Origin: Rhodothermales bacterium
Lineage (GTDB): Bacteria > Bacteroidota > Rhodothermia > Rhodothermales > UBA10348
DNA: 64,000 nucleotides
Direction of reading: 5' to 3'
Assembly: GCA_040221055.1 (NCBI GenBank)
Contig: JAVJVN010000009.1
Span: 32,257-96,256 of the forward strand
This document shows positions 9,705 to 18,464 of the stretch, one piece after another. A program made the translations under genes and the position numbers. Below the pieces are notes generated by a model. It saw nothing but the letters and a program-made list of their open reading frames with translations. It had not been told where the DNA came from and did not search any database. Numbering within the stretch: position 1 is the stretch's first letter; each line of letters opens with the position of its first letter.

Positions 9705-10723
9705 GGCTCTTCACACGCCAACCAATCCTCGTTTTTGGCCGAACGCATCATCAGGTCCTGGACCGCTTCCAGCGGCGGCTTCCCACGAAACAGGATACAA
9801 TAGACGGCTTCCGTGATGGGCATTTCAACCCCCAGCTTCTTGGCCAGGTCATGGACAGACGCCGTTGTACGGACTCCTTCTGCCACCATGGTCATTTCGG
9901 CCTCCGCCTCTTCCAGCGACATGCCCCGGCCAATCTTTTCGCCCAGATTCCGGTTACGGCTCAATCCGCTCATGCAGGTGACAATCAGGTCTCCGATCCC
10001 GGCCAGACCCGCAAACGTGCGGGGATTCGCCCCCATGGCCACGCCAAGGCGCCGGATTTCGGCAATCCCCCGTGTGATGAGCGCCGCTTTGGCATTGTCG
10101 CCGTACCCCACCCCGTCGGAGATACCCGCACCGAGGGCGAGGATGTTCTTGACCGAGCCGGCAATCTCAACGCCCCGCACGTCATCATTCACATACACCC
10201 GCAAGGTCGGAGACATGAATACTTTCTGGATGTATTCCGAGACGCTGCGGTCGTAGGCCGCCGAAACGACGGCCGTCGGAACCCGTCGTGCAATTTCTTC
10301 CGCGTGACTGGGTCCGTACAGCACAGCCAACCGGGACAAGGGCACACGCGGCAGTGTGTCACGAAGTACACACGTCGTGGTCAATAACGTCCCGTTCTCG
10401 ATTCCCTTGGCGACCGAAACGATGACCAGTCCGGCATGCGACATCGGTTCCAGTTGCTCGGCAACCGATCGCACGGCTTGGGAGGGTGTGGCAATCAGCC
10501 ACAGATCCGCACCCTCCACGCTGGCTGCCAAATCGGAAGAAATCGAGATCGAATCAGGGAGTGTGGCATCGGGTAGGTAGTCCGGGTTGCGGCGGGTTTC
10601 CCGCATGGCCCGGGCTGACTCTTCCCGTCTGGCCCAAAGGCGAACGTCCTGACCGGACTCGGCCAGTGATATGGCGAGTGCCGTGCCGAAACTGCCACTT
10701 CCAATGACGGCGACGTGCGCCAT
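9701..10723 (-). CDS. gpsA: NAD(P)H-dependent glycerol-3-phosphate dehydrogenase
   Basis: 340 aa. VAVIGSGSFGTALAISLA (Rossmann), VSVAKGIE, NDDVRGVEIAGSVKNILALGAGISDGVGYGDNAKAALITRG, GDLIVTCMSGLSRNRNLG. Confidence 0.94.
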   Translation of the reverse strand: MAHVAVIGSGSFGTALAISLAESGQDVRLWARREESARAMRETRRNPDYLPDATLPDSISISSDLAASVEGADLWLIATPSQAVRSVAEQLEPMSHAGLVIVSVAKGIENGTLLTTTCVLRDTLPRVPLSRLAVLYGPSHAEEIARRVPTAVVSAAYDRSVSEYIQKVFMSPTLRVYVNDDVRGVEIAGSVKNILALGAGISDGVGYGDNAKAALITRGIAEIRRLGVAMGANPRTFAGLAGIGDLIVTCMSGLSRNRNLGEKIGRGMSLEEAEAEMTMVAEGVRTTASVHDLAKKLGVEMPITEAVYCILFRGKPPLEAVQDLMMRSAKNEDWLACEEP

Positions 10724-10772
10724 GCTGCTGAGGTTTGGTGTTCGTGTTCAGATGAAGGAGTCGAGGACCGGC

Positions 10773-11456
10773 TCAGACTTCTCCGCGCCCATGCATGCCC
10801 CGACCGGGTCGGAAAGTACGAAGTCTGTTCTCCGTTCCGCTCATGAGGCGCTGGATATTGGTCCGATGGGCGATGAATAAACCGGCCGCCAGGAACAGCG
10901 CAAAGACAAATATGGATGCGTCGAGTACCGTCGACCCCAACACATACTTGCTGATCCCGATGGCCAGCGGGTACGTGACCACCGCGGACAGGGAAGCCAC
11001 CGAGACGTACCGGGTAAGTACCAGGACGAGGACGAATACGGAAAGGGTCAAGGCCATGGTGGCGGGGGTCAGTGCTATCAGCATTCCGGCGGTGGTATTG
11101 ACCCCCTTTCCCCCTTTGAAGCCCGCCCAGATGGGAAACATATGCCCGATTACGGCCGCGACACCCGCAATGAGGCTGACAACCGTGTTGGCATCCCAGA
11201 ACCCGAGCCCTCCGGGGATGGGATCAATCCGCAAGCCCGAGATGACGCCAGCGGCGACAATGCCTTTGCCCAGATCGATGACGGTCGCGACCACACCGGA
11301 TTTCCAACCGAGGACCCGGAAAGTGTTTGTCGCACCGGCGTTGCCGCTGCCATGATTCCGCACATCGATCCCGTGGAACAGCTTACCGACCAGGATACTG
11401 CCCGGAATGGATCCGATGAGATAACTCAGAACGATGATCACCGCAAGCGAGAGCAT
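10773..11456 (-). CDS. plsY: Glycerol-3-phosphate acyltransferase PlsY
   Basis: 227 aa polytopic membrane protein. YLIGSIPGSILVGKL..GIDVRNHGSGNAGATNTFRVLG, GHMFPIWAGFKGGKGV. Confidence 0.93.
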   Translation of the reverse strand: MLSLAVIIVLSYLIGSIPGSILVGKLFHGIDVRNHGSGNAGATNTFRVLGWKSGVVATVIDLGKGIVAAGVISGLRIDPIPGGLGFWDANTVVSLIAGVAAVIGHMFPIWAGFKGGKGVNTTAGMLIALTPATMALTLSVFVLVLVLTRYVSVASLSAVVTYPLAIGISKYVLGSTVLDASIFVFALFLAAGLFIAHRTNIQRLMSGTENRLRTFRPGRGMHGRGEV

Positions 11457-11480
11457 GCAGATTCAGGATTGGTGAAGGGA

Positions 11481-11506
11481 ATCGAAGATTACGACAAATC
11501 TTCGAT
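11481..11506 (-). other. Perfect 10-bp inverted repeat (ATCGAAGATT / AATCTTCGAT, 6-nt loop) abutting the purM stop codon
   Basis: Left arm 11481-11490, right arm 11497-11506. The right arm ends on the last base of the purM TGA (11508-11506). No T-run follows on the minus strand, so it is not a canonical intrinsic terminator. Its role is unknown. Confidence 0.4.
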
Positions 11507-12501
11507 CATGTCACGCGCCCGATGGCCACAGGTTCTTCACCAAGGGCGCGAGCGGCGGCCATGAGGGCATCCGCATCGGTCGGCGAGGCGATGGCAATCA
11601 GACCGATACCCAGGTTCAGCGCCGATCGCATGTCATCCTCCGGAACCTGGCCGTGCTCCTGGATCAAACGGAACAACGCCGGTCGTTGCCACGCGGCGTA
11701 ATCGACCTCCATGCCACATCCATCCGGAAGCACCCGGGCCGTATTTCCGGGAATGCCACCACCCGTGACATGAACCAGCCCCCGGACACCCCCGTGTCCA
11801 ACCAGGGCCTGGATGAGGCCCAGATAGGAACGATGGACCGTCAGCAGGGCCTCCCCCACGCTGGCACCACCCAGTTCATCCGGCCGGTCGTGCAGGTCGA
11901 AGACGGAGAGGAGGACATGGCGAGCCAGCGAGTACCCATTCGTGTGCAATCCTGTGGAAGGGAAACCGATCAGGATATCGCCTTTCCGGATTCCACTGCC
12001 ATCCACAATCCGATTCTTCTCCACGATACCGACAATCATTCCCGCCAGATCGTATTCGCCTTCCGTGTAGATGTCGGGCATTTCGGCCGTCTCGCCGCCG
12101 ATGAGCGCACAACCGTTCTCCCGGCAGGCCGTGGCAAACCCTTCCACCACCGAAACCGCGGTGTCCGTGGACAGCTTCCCGGTTGAGAAGTAGTCCATGA
12201 AGTACAACGGGATGGCTCCACAGACCGCAATGTCGTTCACACAGTGGTTGACCAGGTCCTGGCCCACGGTGTCATGCACACCCATGCCGAAGGCCACCTT
12301 CAACTTCGTGCCGACCCCGTCCACGGAGGAAACCAGCACGGGATGATCGTAGGCCTTCCAATCCACGTCAAAAAAGGCTCCGAATGCTCCGATATCGGTC
12401 ATCACACCTTTCGTGAAGGTGCTCCTGACGAGCGGCTTTATGCGCCGGACGGTTTCTTCACCGGCGGCAATGTCTACTCCGGCTTCCTTGTACGTGGCCA
12501 T
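11506..12501 (-). CDS. purM: Phosphoribosylformylglycinamidine cyclo-ligase (AIR synthetase)
   Basis: ORF track 11506..12690. The family N-terminus MATYKEAGVDIAAGEE begins at the internal ATG 12501. DGVGTKLKVA, GQDLVNHCVNDIAVCGA, GGETAEMP. The upstream 63 residues of the track ORF look non-genic. Confidence 0.93.
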   Translation of the reverse strand: MATYKEAGVDIAAGEETVRRIKPLVRSTFTKGVMTDIGAFGAFFDVDWKAYDHPVLVSSVDGVGTKLKVAFGMGVHDTVGQDLVNHCVNDIAVCGAIPLYFMDYFSTGKLSTDTAVSVVEGFATACRENGCALIGGETAEMPDIYTEGEYDLAGMIVGIVEKNRIVDGSGIRKGDILIGFPSTGLHTNGYSLARHVLLSVFDLHDRPDELGGASVGEALLTVHRSYLGLIQALVGHGGVRGLVHVTGGGIPGNTARVLPDGCGMEVDYAAWQRPALFRLIQEHGQVPEDDMRSALNLGIGLIAIASPTDADALMAAARALGEEPVAIGRVT

Positions 12502-12554
12502 GAATGAACGATGGGTGATGGAGGATGCAGATGCGACAAGATAGGGATCCCGAA

Positions 12555-12980
12555 TCAGCGTTTGAATGCGGTTTTGCCGAAAGCCGTCAGCCAGACGATG
12601 CGTGCGCGCCCGAATGGTCCGATGGATACCGGACCGGCCGTCCCCGCTTTGTTCAGTCGGCTGCTGGTCTCGATCATGGTATACCACCACGTTCTCAGCG
12701 CGCGATTATGGCGCTTGGCCAATTCCGGCGCTATTCCCGCACACTCGGACTGGAGTTGCTGGATGCGGATGAGTTCGCGCCACAATTCGTTCCCGCCCTT
12801 GAACGACCGGTCTCCATCGAGTACGCGCAGCATGCCGTCGTGGGCAAGGAGCATGGACGTAAAGGCCTCCTTCTGCCAGGATCGGGCATATGCGGGCACT
12901 TCCCTCTTTCTGTCGCGTGTCTCCAATACATCGTCCAGGGCACGCTCCAGCAGTTCCGTCGCCGACTCAGGCGCGATCAT
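12555..12980 (-). CDS. Hypothetical protein (about 141 aa), no family recognised
   Basis: ORF track 12555..13040. In-frame ATGs at 12992 and 12980 overlap the 3' end of the upstream hydratase gene by 26 or 14 nt. Helical-looking sequence (ELLERALDDVLETRDRK, ELWRELIRIQQLQSE). Coding status rests on length and its position in a same-strand chain only. Confidence 0.5.
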   Translation of the reverse strand: MIAPESATELLERALDDVLETRDRKREVPAYARSWQKEAFTSMLLAHDGMLRVLDGDRSFKGGNELWRELIRIQQLQSECAGIAPELAKRHNRALRTWWYTMIETSSRLNKAGTAGPVSIGPFGRARIVWLTAFGKTAFKR

Positions 12981-13773
12981 GATGGTCGGCATCCCATGCG
13001 CGGACCCAGGGGGGATCCACACGATCCAGAAAAGAAGCAACCCCGGCCTGGCACTCGCTGTCTCCCCGAGCTTCGGCGTTCACATGTGCCGCCGACTCCA
13101 TGCGTTTCCGGAAGGCATCGGGAGGACCGTGGAGCAAGGATTTCGTACGAGCCACCGCATTCCGGCTGGTATTCCGGGCCAAATCGGCCGCTTGCTGGCG
13201 AACCAGGTCGTCCAGTTCCAGATCGGTGGTCACCCGGTGGATGAGTCCCATCCGCAATGCGGTCTTGGCATCAATCAGCCGGCCCGACAGGAACAGGTCC
13301 CGTCGATGGGCGCTTGAGATACGATCCTCGAGCAACACATTGACGAGCGCAGGAACGAATCCAATGCGCACTTCCGTAAAACCGAACTTAGCGCCGTCAC
13401 TGGCGATGGCCAGATCAGACGCCGCCACCAGTCCTCCGCCACCGGCAATGGCATGCCCTTGAACGCGGGCCAGAATGATGTACGGGACGGTCCTCATGGT
13501 CACAAACAATTCGGCCAACAGCAACGAGTCGTTCAAGTTATCATCCAGCGAAGCGTCCTTGAGCTGTTGCAGCGCTTGGAGATCCGCTCCTGCAGAAAAC
13601 ACGTTTCCCGCGCCGGTCAGGATGACGACCCGCATGCGGGAATCGGTTGCCAGGTCATTCAGGTACCGAATCAGTTCCTTGACGAGGGCCGCATTCAGCG
13701 CGTTGCGCTTGTCCGGCCGGTTCAGCGTCAGCGTAGCAATACGGTGGTCGTTCGTGTGTTCAAGCAGCAGCAT
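12967..13773 (-). CDS. Enoyl-CoA hydratase/isomerase (crotonase) family protein
   Basis: 268 aa. LTLNRPDKRNALN, VVILTGAGNVFSAGADL, ARVQGHAIAGGGGLVAASDLAIAS, FGFTEVRIGFVPA. Confidence 0.88.
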   Translation of the reverse strand: MLLLEHTNDHRIATLTLNRPDKRNALNAALVKELIRYLNDLATDSRMRVVILTGAGNVFSAGADLQALQQLKDASLDDNLNDSLLLAELFVTMRTVPYIILARVQGHAIAGGGGLVAASDLAIASDGAKFGFTEVRIGFVPALVNVLLEDRISSAHRRDLFLSGRLIDAKTALRMGLIHRVTTDLELDDLVRQQAADLARNTSRNAVARTKSLLHGPPDAFRKRMESAAHVNAEARGDSECQAGVASFLDRVDPPWVRAWDADHHDRA

Positions 13774-13788
13774 GATGCAAGCGGCGCC

Positions 13789-14757
13789 TCAGTTTTCGAA
13801 CAGGAAATTACAACCGCGCAGTTCGGCATGGCTTGCCCGGCCCAGGATTTCGAACCCTGGATTGCCGGATGTGCCGTTTCTGCGCACCGCCCGATCTTCC
13901 GTCAATACGAACGAAAGCGAGTACATGTTTGCCAGATCCGTTACCGCGAGCAGACCTTCCTCGTCGATGGCACACGAACGTTCGGGGTCGAGGGGATCCC
14001 TGACGTCCCACCGCATCCACGGTGGCGAACGGAACAACCCGTCTTGTCCGGTCCAGCATTGCGAAAGCAATTCGCACATGCCATACTCCGAGCCGATACG
14101 GGACGCATCCACACTGAATCCTTCAGAAAGCCGGGCATGGAGCTCGGCGCGTGGCACATGCCGCCGATGCGTCTTCATCCCGCCGGTTTCCACGATGAGC
14201 GCCGAGGTGGGCAAATCGACCACTCCGGATTCTGCGATATCCAGCAAACCGAACGCCGCACCGAAAAGAACCAAGGGCACGCCCCCGGACCGACTGGCTC
14301 TGGCCGCTTGCTCCAGGATGTCCGGATTGCGGTCAAGGAATCCGGAGCCAGGCAGGGCAACGGTCCGCTGGAGGACGTGCATCATCCATACCAGCGATGA
14401 GTCCGGGGCGTAGGATGGAGCATGCGTCAGCAGCATTACGGGATCGGGGCCGAAAACCCTACGGAATCCCGCCACAATGCTTCTCTCGTAAACGGCCGCC
14501 CGTCGGACCAGATGGCGACTCTGGACCCCTCCCGTCCCTGAACTACGGAACACGACCTCGGCTTCCGCAGCTGGAAAGCAGGTCATGTCGGCACGCTTGA
14601 AGGCCTCGATGGGCACATGCCGACCACCGTTGAACCTTGCGTAGAACGGATTCCGAGCCTTTTGGAATGCATGGATCAACGCCTCCAGCCGGTCAAATTC
14701 CTGCGGCGAACGTATATCCGTGAATGCCTGCTCTACACGAAGGATGTCGTCCGTCAT
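13789..14757 (-). CDS. LuxE/PaaK-like adenylate-forming acyl-protein synthetase family protein
   Basis: ORF track 13789..14784. I prefer ATG 14757 (MTDDILRVEQ), which overlaps the M14 stop as ATGA. FRSSGTGGVQSRH, ETGGMKTHRR, SEYGMCELLSQ, VTDLANMYSLSFVLTED, ELRGCNFLF. Confidence 0.75.
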   Translation of the reverse strand: MTDDILRVEQAFTDIRSPQEFDRLEALIHAFQKARNPFYARFNGGRHVPIEAFKRADMTCFPAAEAEVVFRSSGTGGVQSRHLVRRAAVYERSIVAGFRRVFGPDPVMLLTHAPSYAPDSSLVWMMHVLQRTVALPGSGFLDRNPDILEQAARASRSGGVPLVLFGAAFGLLDIAESGVVDLPTSALIVETGGMKTHRRHVPRAELHARLSEGFSVDASRIGSEYGMCELLSQCWTGQDGLFRSPPWMRWDVRDPLDPERSCAIDEEGLLAVTDLANMYSLSFVLTEDRAVRRNGTSGNPGFEILGRASHAELRGCNFLFEN

Positions 14758-16355
14758 TCCACGGTTCGCAGGATGGGATACCAAGATCCCTCTTCAAGGA
14801 GTTCATCCATGACAGCCCAGTTGGCCAGACCATCGTCGGACCGCGGGTCCAACAGGTAGTGCGCCAGACGTCCCAATGGTTGCGCCGAAGGGATATAGAG
14901 GATCGCCGAGTCACCAATCACCGAGGGCGGGGCGGGCATCCAGGCGCCCTTCACCTCGACCTCGAAGACGCCCTGGAACGGTCTCTCAGCCCGGAGGAGC
15001 GAGTCGACGCGGAAGGATTCGGCCTGGATGCCCGCCCCCTCCCGGGTGGAATACACAATCCCGTGCAGGTCCAGCGACTTCCGGATCCGGTCCATGGTGC
15101 TGTTGTCGGTCACCGGCACCATCCAGGCGAGGGGAACACGACTGCGTTCCGTCGGCACGAACATGCCGTATTCCGGCATAGGTGTCGGTATCTCCACGTC
15201 CTCCCGCTCAAGGACCATGTCGCCGGTGTACGGATGGCTTGTCGTTCGCACTTCGCCCAGAAGGATGGTACTGCTGGCCTCATTCATGGCGATCTCGCTG
15301 CGAACGGCCAGTTCCTTCCCGACCAGGTCCATGGCGTCCCACGCCGCCGTCAGGGATTTGACGCGCGTTGCCTGCGAGTGGACCAGAAGCAGGATCTCCT
15401 CCACGAAATCCTTCGTGGACAATACCCGATTCCGGAACGTGTCGTACGCATACGCCTCGCTCAGGATGGACAGGCGGTTGCGCAAGCCTGTGTAGTTGTT
15501 GTTGAAGCGCGGACGGTGGTCGAATGTATACCATCCCTCGCTTCCGGGCCGGAACGGCAAATTGCCATAGTAATACGTATTCCATCCACGGGCGTCCTTC
15601 ATGCGTTCCGTCAACCGGGGCAACCATTCTGACCGCAGAAGCGTGTCGAGCGCCGGCTCCGTGTTGGGATTCAATGGCGGTGCATAGGTCAGGTGATAGG
15701 CATGACGTGAGCCGTTCGTCGTATGCAGATCCACGGACACGTGTGGATCGTAATCCCGCATGAGCCCGATCACACTGTGCGCTTCGGGACTTGCGGTCTT
15801 CATGTGGTCGCGGTTCAGGTCCAGTCCCTCCGCGTTCGGACGTTGACCCATGCCACCAAGGGGACCGTTCTGTCGCGGCCTGTTGTCCAGACGCACCCGT
15901 TCGTTCCCGTCTGCATTGTAGATGGGGGCTATAAGGAGCACGAGTGAATCTGCCAGTTGGGCATGGCGCCCCGATGCCAGTTCCCGTACCAACATGAGCA
16001 GCGATTCCTTTCCACAAACCTCGCCTCCATGGATATTGCCCTGAAGATAGACACGGGTCTTTCCGCTGGCACGGACAGCTTCTGCCGAAGGGCCACTGAC
16101 GTTGCCATATACAATCAAGGGCAGAGCCCGCCCCTCGGTTGTATATCCGAAGTAGGTCAGATGCAAATTGGACGCATTCCGCGCCGCGACGTCAAGGAAG
16201 CCCACGACCTCGTCATAGGTGGTGGTCTCCATCCAGTCCGACCGTTCGGCCCGTGTCAGCAGGAATCCGAGATCGACTTCCTGGGCGCCGGCGGGAGGCG
16301 CCGAGAGCAGCACGCACAACAGCGCGAGGACAGAAGGGGTGGCAGTGCGGGACAT
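14754..16355 (-). CDS. Secreted M14 family zinc carboxypeptidase
   Basis: 533 aa. Signal peptide MSRTATPSVLALLCVLLSAPPAGAQ. LQGNIHGGEVCGKE (Zn ligands H..E), NADGNER, GLDLNRDH, VDLHTTNG. Confidence 0.85.
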   Translation of the reverse strand: MSRTATPSVLALLCVLLSAPPAGAQEVDLGFLLTRAERSDWMETTTYDEVVGFLDVAARNASNLHLTYFGYTTEGRALPLIVYGNVSGPSAEAVRASGKTRVYLQGNIHGGEVCGKESLLMLVRELASGRHAQLADSLVLLIAPIYNADGNERVRLDNRPRQNGPLGGMGQRPNAEGLDLNRDHMKTASPEAHSVIGLMRDYDPHVSVDLHTTNGSRHAYHLTYAPPLNPNTEPALDTLLRSEWLPRLTERMKDARGWNTYYYGNLPFRPGSEGWYTFDHRPRFNNNYTGLRNRLSILSEAYAYDTFRNRVLSTKDFVEEILLLVHSQATRVKSLTAAWDAMDLVGKELAVRSEIAMNEASSTILLGEVRTTSHPYTGDMVLEREDVEIPTPMPEYGMFVPTERSRVPLAWMVPVTDNSTMDRIRKSLDLHGIVYSTREGAGIQAESFRVDSLLRAERPFQGVFEVEVKGAWMPAPPSVIGDSAILYIPSAQPLGRLAHYLLDPRSDDGLANWAVMDELLEEGSWYPILRTVE

Positions 16356-16473
16356 GGACTATCTCCGGAATGATGGGCCATCAAGATAGGACTGCCAAAG
16401 GCACCCATCCAGCCTGCGCCGGAACGAGAACTCCGGAGCGGGGTATGCGGGTGGTGAATTACCAACCCGTTGC

Positions 16474-17550
16474 ATGACCGCTGCCAAACCCAAGGATATC
16501 ACACTGGGTATCCGCCCCGAGAGCCGCACCGAAATCATAGACGTCGGAGAGCGTGTCCGCGAGCGCCAGGAGGATTTTTTCGAGCGATTCAACAAGAGTA
16601 CGTTCACATCCTACCACACGACGGCCGGCTATTTCGAGCAGAGTTTCGCCAACCGGTTGAAGAACAATCCGGAGGCCCTTGAGGCCTACGTCCAATCGTT
16701 CAAGAAGCTGTTTCCGCCCGATGCCGACTATCGGCATGACCAAATGGATTTGCGGGACGAGTTGTCCGACGAGCAGAAACTCGTGGAACCCCGGAACGCC
16801 GACTCCCACTTGACCTTTATTGGTTCCGGTTTGGAGAACACCGTCACGTATCTGAATCGCCGTTCCGATCTGCCGGTCTATTTTGTCGAATTGGACGGTA
16901 CCAATGGAGACCATCATCGGGAGCGGCGAACCACGGTCATCGGTTACAACTCTGAGTCCGTGGTCCTGCGTCGGAAGCTGGGCATCCAGATGTCCAAGCA
17001 TCCCATCGATTCGGTCAATCTCTGGGACCCCAAGGTCGGACTGCTTGACGAACTCCAGGAGGAAGCCCGCCGGTTGGGCATGGAAAAAGGCCGTATTGAT
17101 CTCTCACTGGCCCCCGAAGAACGTCATACCGGCTTGACCGTGAACGAGTACGAAACGTTGCTCATGCGTCACGATCTCGTGGAAGTCCTGCACGACCCCA
17201 TCCGGTTCATGGCACAGCGGGGTCGCAACATGCTGCGGGATCCCGGTGCCATCAAGGAAAAGGCCAAGGATTACATGAAGTATGACCTGGTCCACGTCGT
17301 GAACGAGTTCATTGATGCCATGGGGTTGAGTGAGACCCTTGTGGAACGCATCATCGACAAATTCTTCCAGGTTCCGGCCCATCGATTCCTGCGGATGAAG
17401 CGCGGGGTCGGCCTGGTCGTCTCGAACGAAAATCCGGACGGGACCGCTCGTATTGTATCCGGTACCTACCAGAGCCCGATCCTGGTCCAGTGGAAGAAGA
17501 AGGATTCCCGGGAGCGGATTATCGAGGCGACGTTCACGCGTTTCGATTAG
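16474..17550 (+). CDS. Hypothetical protein; possible tandem, highly diverged YjbQ/UPF0047-like duplication
   Basis: 358 aa, ATG 16474, no signal peptide. The N-half has SYHTTAGYFE, DYRHD, NADSHL, VYFVELDG..RERRTTVIGY. The C-half has RHTGLTVNEYE and SGTYQSPILVQW..SRERIIEATF. These echo the UPF0047 pattern (HT[ST][AG]..[IV]NE ... Y.H ... H[IL] ... GTWQ ... R.[IV]), recalled from memory rather than computed. Confidence 0.55.
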   Translation: MTAAKPKDITLGIRPESRTEIIDVGERVRERQEDFFERFNKSTFTSYHTTAGYFEQSFANRLKNNPEALEAYVQSFKKLFPPDADYRHDQMDLRDELSDEQKLVEPRNADSHLTFIGSGLENTVTYLNRRSDLPVYFVELDGTNGDHHRERRTTVIGYNSESVVLRRKLGIQMSKHPIDSVNLWDPKVGLLDELQEEARRLGMEKGRIDLSLAPEERHTGLTVNEYETLLMRHDLVEVLHDPIRFMAQRGRNMLRDPGAIKEKAKDYMKYDLVHVVNEFIDAMGLSETLVERIIDKFFQVPAHRFLRMKRGVGLVVSNENPDGTARIVSGTYQSPILVQWKKKDSRERIIEATFTRFD

Positions 17551-17570
17551 GGCCTGGGGCCTGGCGGCGA

Positions 17571-18347
17571 TCAGATCAGCGAATGGGACTGTACGCCGTC
17601 TACCGTAATACAAGCCCCTGAAACCCAACTGGCGCGCGAGGAAGCAAGGAACGCAACGACATCGGCAACCTCTTCAGCGGTCCCGAAGCGTCCCATCGGG
17701 ATGTTTTCGGCCACGAAACGCGCCATACCCTCCGGGTCGCTCTGAACACGCTTGTCCCAGGATCCACCGGGGAAACGTATGGATCCGGGCGCTACCGTAT
17801 TGACGCGGATACCATCCTTGCCCAGCTCGACGGCCATGATCTTGCATGAACTGATGAGGGCCGACTTCGTGGTATTGTAGATGGACAGCCCGGCTCCCCC
17901 TGCTTCCCGGCCGAAAATGGATGCGATGAAGACCATGGCACCACCGCCTCGTTTCCGCATGGCAGGAATGGCCGCACGAGCTGCGCGGAGATGCCCCATC
18001 AGGTTCAGCTCCGTGATACTGGTCCAATCCTCGTCCGAGGTTTCCTCGAATGGCTTACGGCGGTTTCCTCCGGCATTTCCCACGAGTATGTCCAATCCAC
18101 CGAGTTCCCGCTCTGCCGTGGTGACCAGCCGCTCCCCCAATCCTGGGTCTGTTACGTCCCCGGCCACTTCGATGACCTGACCGCCATGCTGACGCAGCGC
18201 CGAGGCGGCTTCGGAAAGAGCCTCCTCTCCCCTTGCGCAAATGACGAGACTGCAACCCTCCCGGGCCAGACTGTTGGCGATGGCCAATCCAATTCCACGG
18301 CTGGCTCCGGTGACGATGGCGGCTTTGTCCCTCAATTCAAGTTCCAT
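17571..18347 (-). CDS. SDR family oxidoreductase (3-oxoacyl-ACP reductase-like)
   Basis: 258 aa. AAIVTGASRGIGLAIA (TGxxxGxG), NAGG, SIYNTTKSAL (YxxxK), RVNTVAPGSI. Confidence 0.9.
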   Translation of the reverse strand: MELELRDKAAIVTGASRGIGLAIANSLAREGCSLVICARGEEALSEAASALRQHGGQVIEVAGDVTDPGLGERLVTTAERELGGLDILVGNAGGNRRKPFEETSDEDWTSITELNLMGHLRAARAAIPAMRKRGGGAMVFIASIFGREAGGAGLSIYNTTKSALISSCKIMAVELGKDGIRVNTVAPGSIRFPGGSWDKRVQSDPEGMARFVAENIPMGRFGTAEEVADVVAFLASSRASWVSGACITVDGVQSHSLI

Positions 18348-18464
18348 GATCGCTTTTCCGGTCGTTCTGGTTGCGGACGAAATCGAATGGTGTCATGATA
18401 GTGATCTTTCCGTCCGGCATGGCGTTCCGGAAACAAGTTTGGACGATTCTTGATACGACAACCC

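Noticed and set aside
12511-13317. 268-aa and 239-aa plus-strand ORFs
   Set aside because: They are antisense to the crotonase gene and the small hypothetical. They overlap each other in two frames and have Arg/Pro/Ser-rich translations.
13453-14413. Two plus-strand ORFs of about 312-315 aa
   Set aside because: They are antisense to the crotonase and LuxE-like genes, both of which have strong family motifs. Two overlapping frames cannot both be real.
14724-15632. 302-aa plus-strand ORF
   Set aside because: It is antisense to the M14 carboxypeptidase (clear Zn-ligand motifs) and has no recognisable features.
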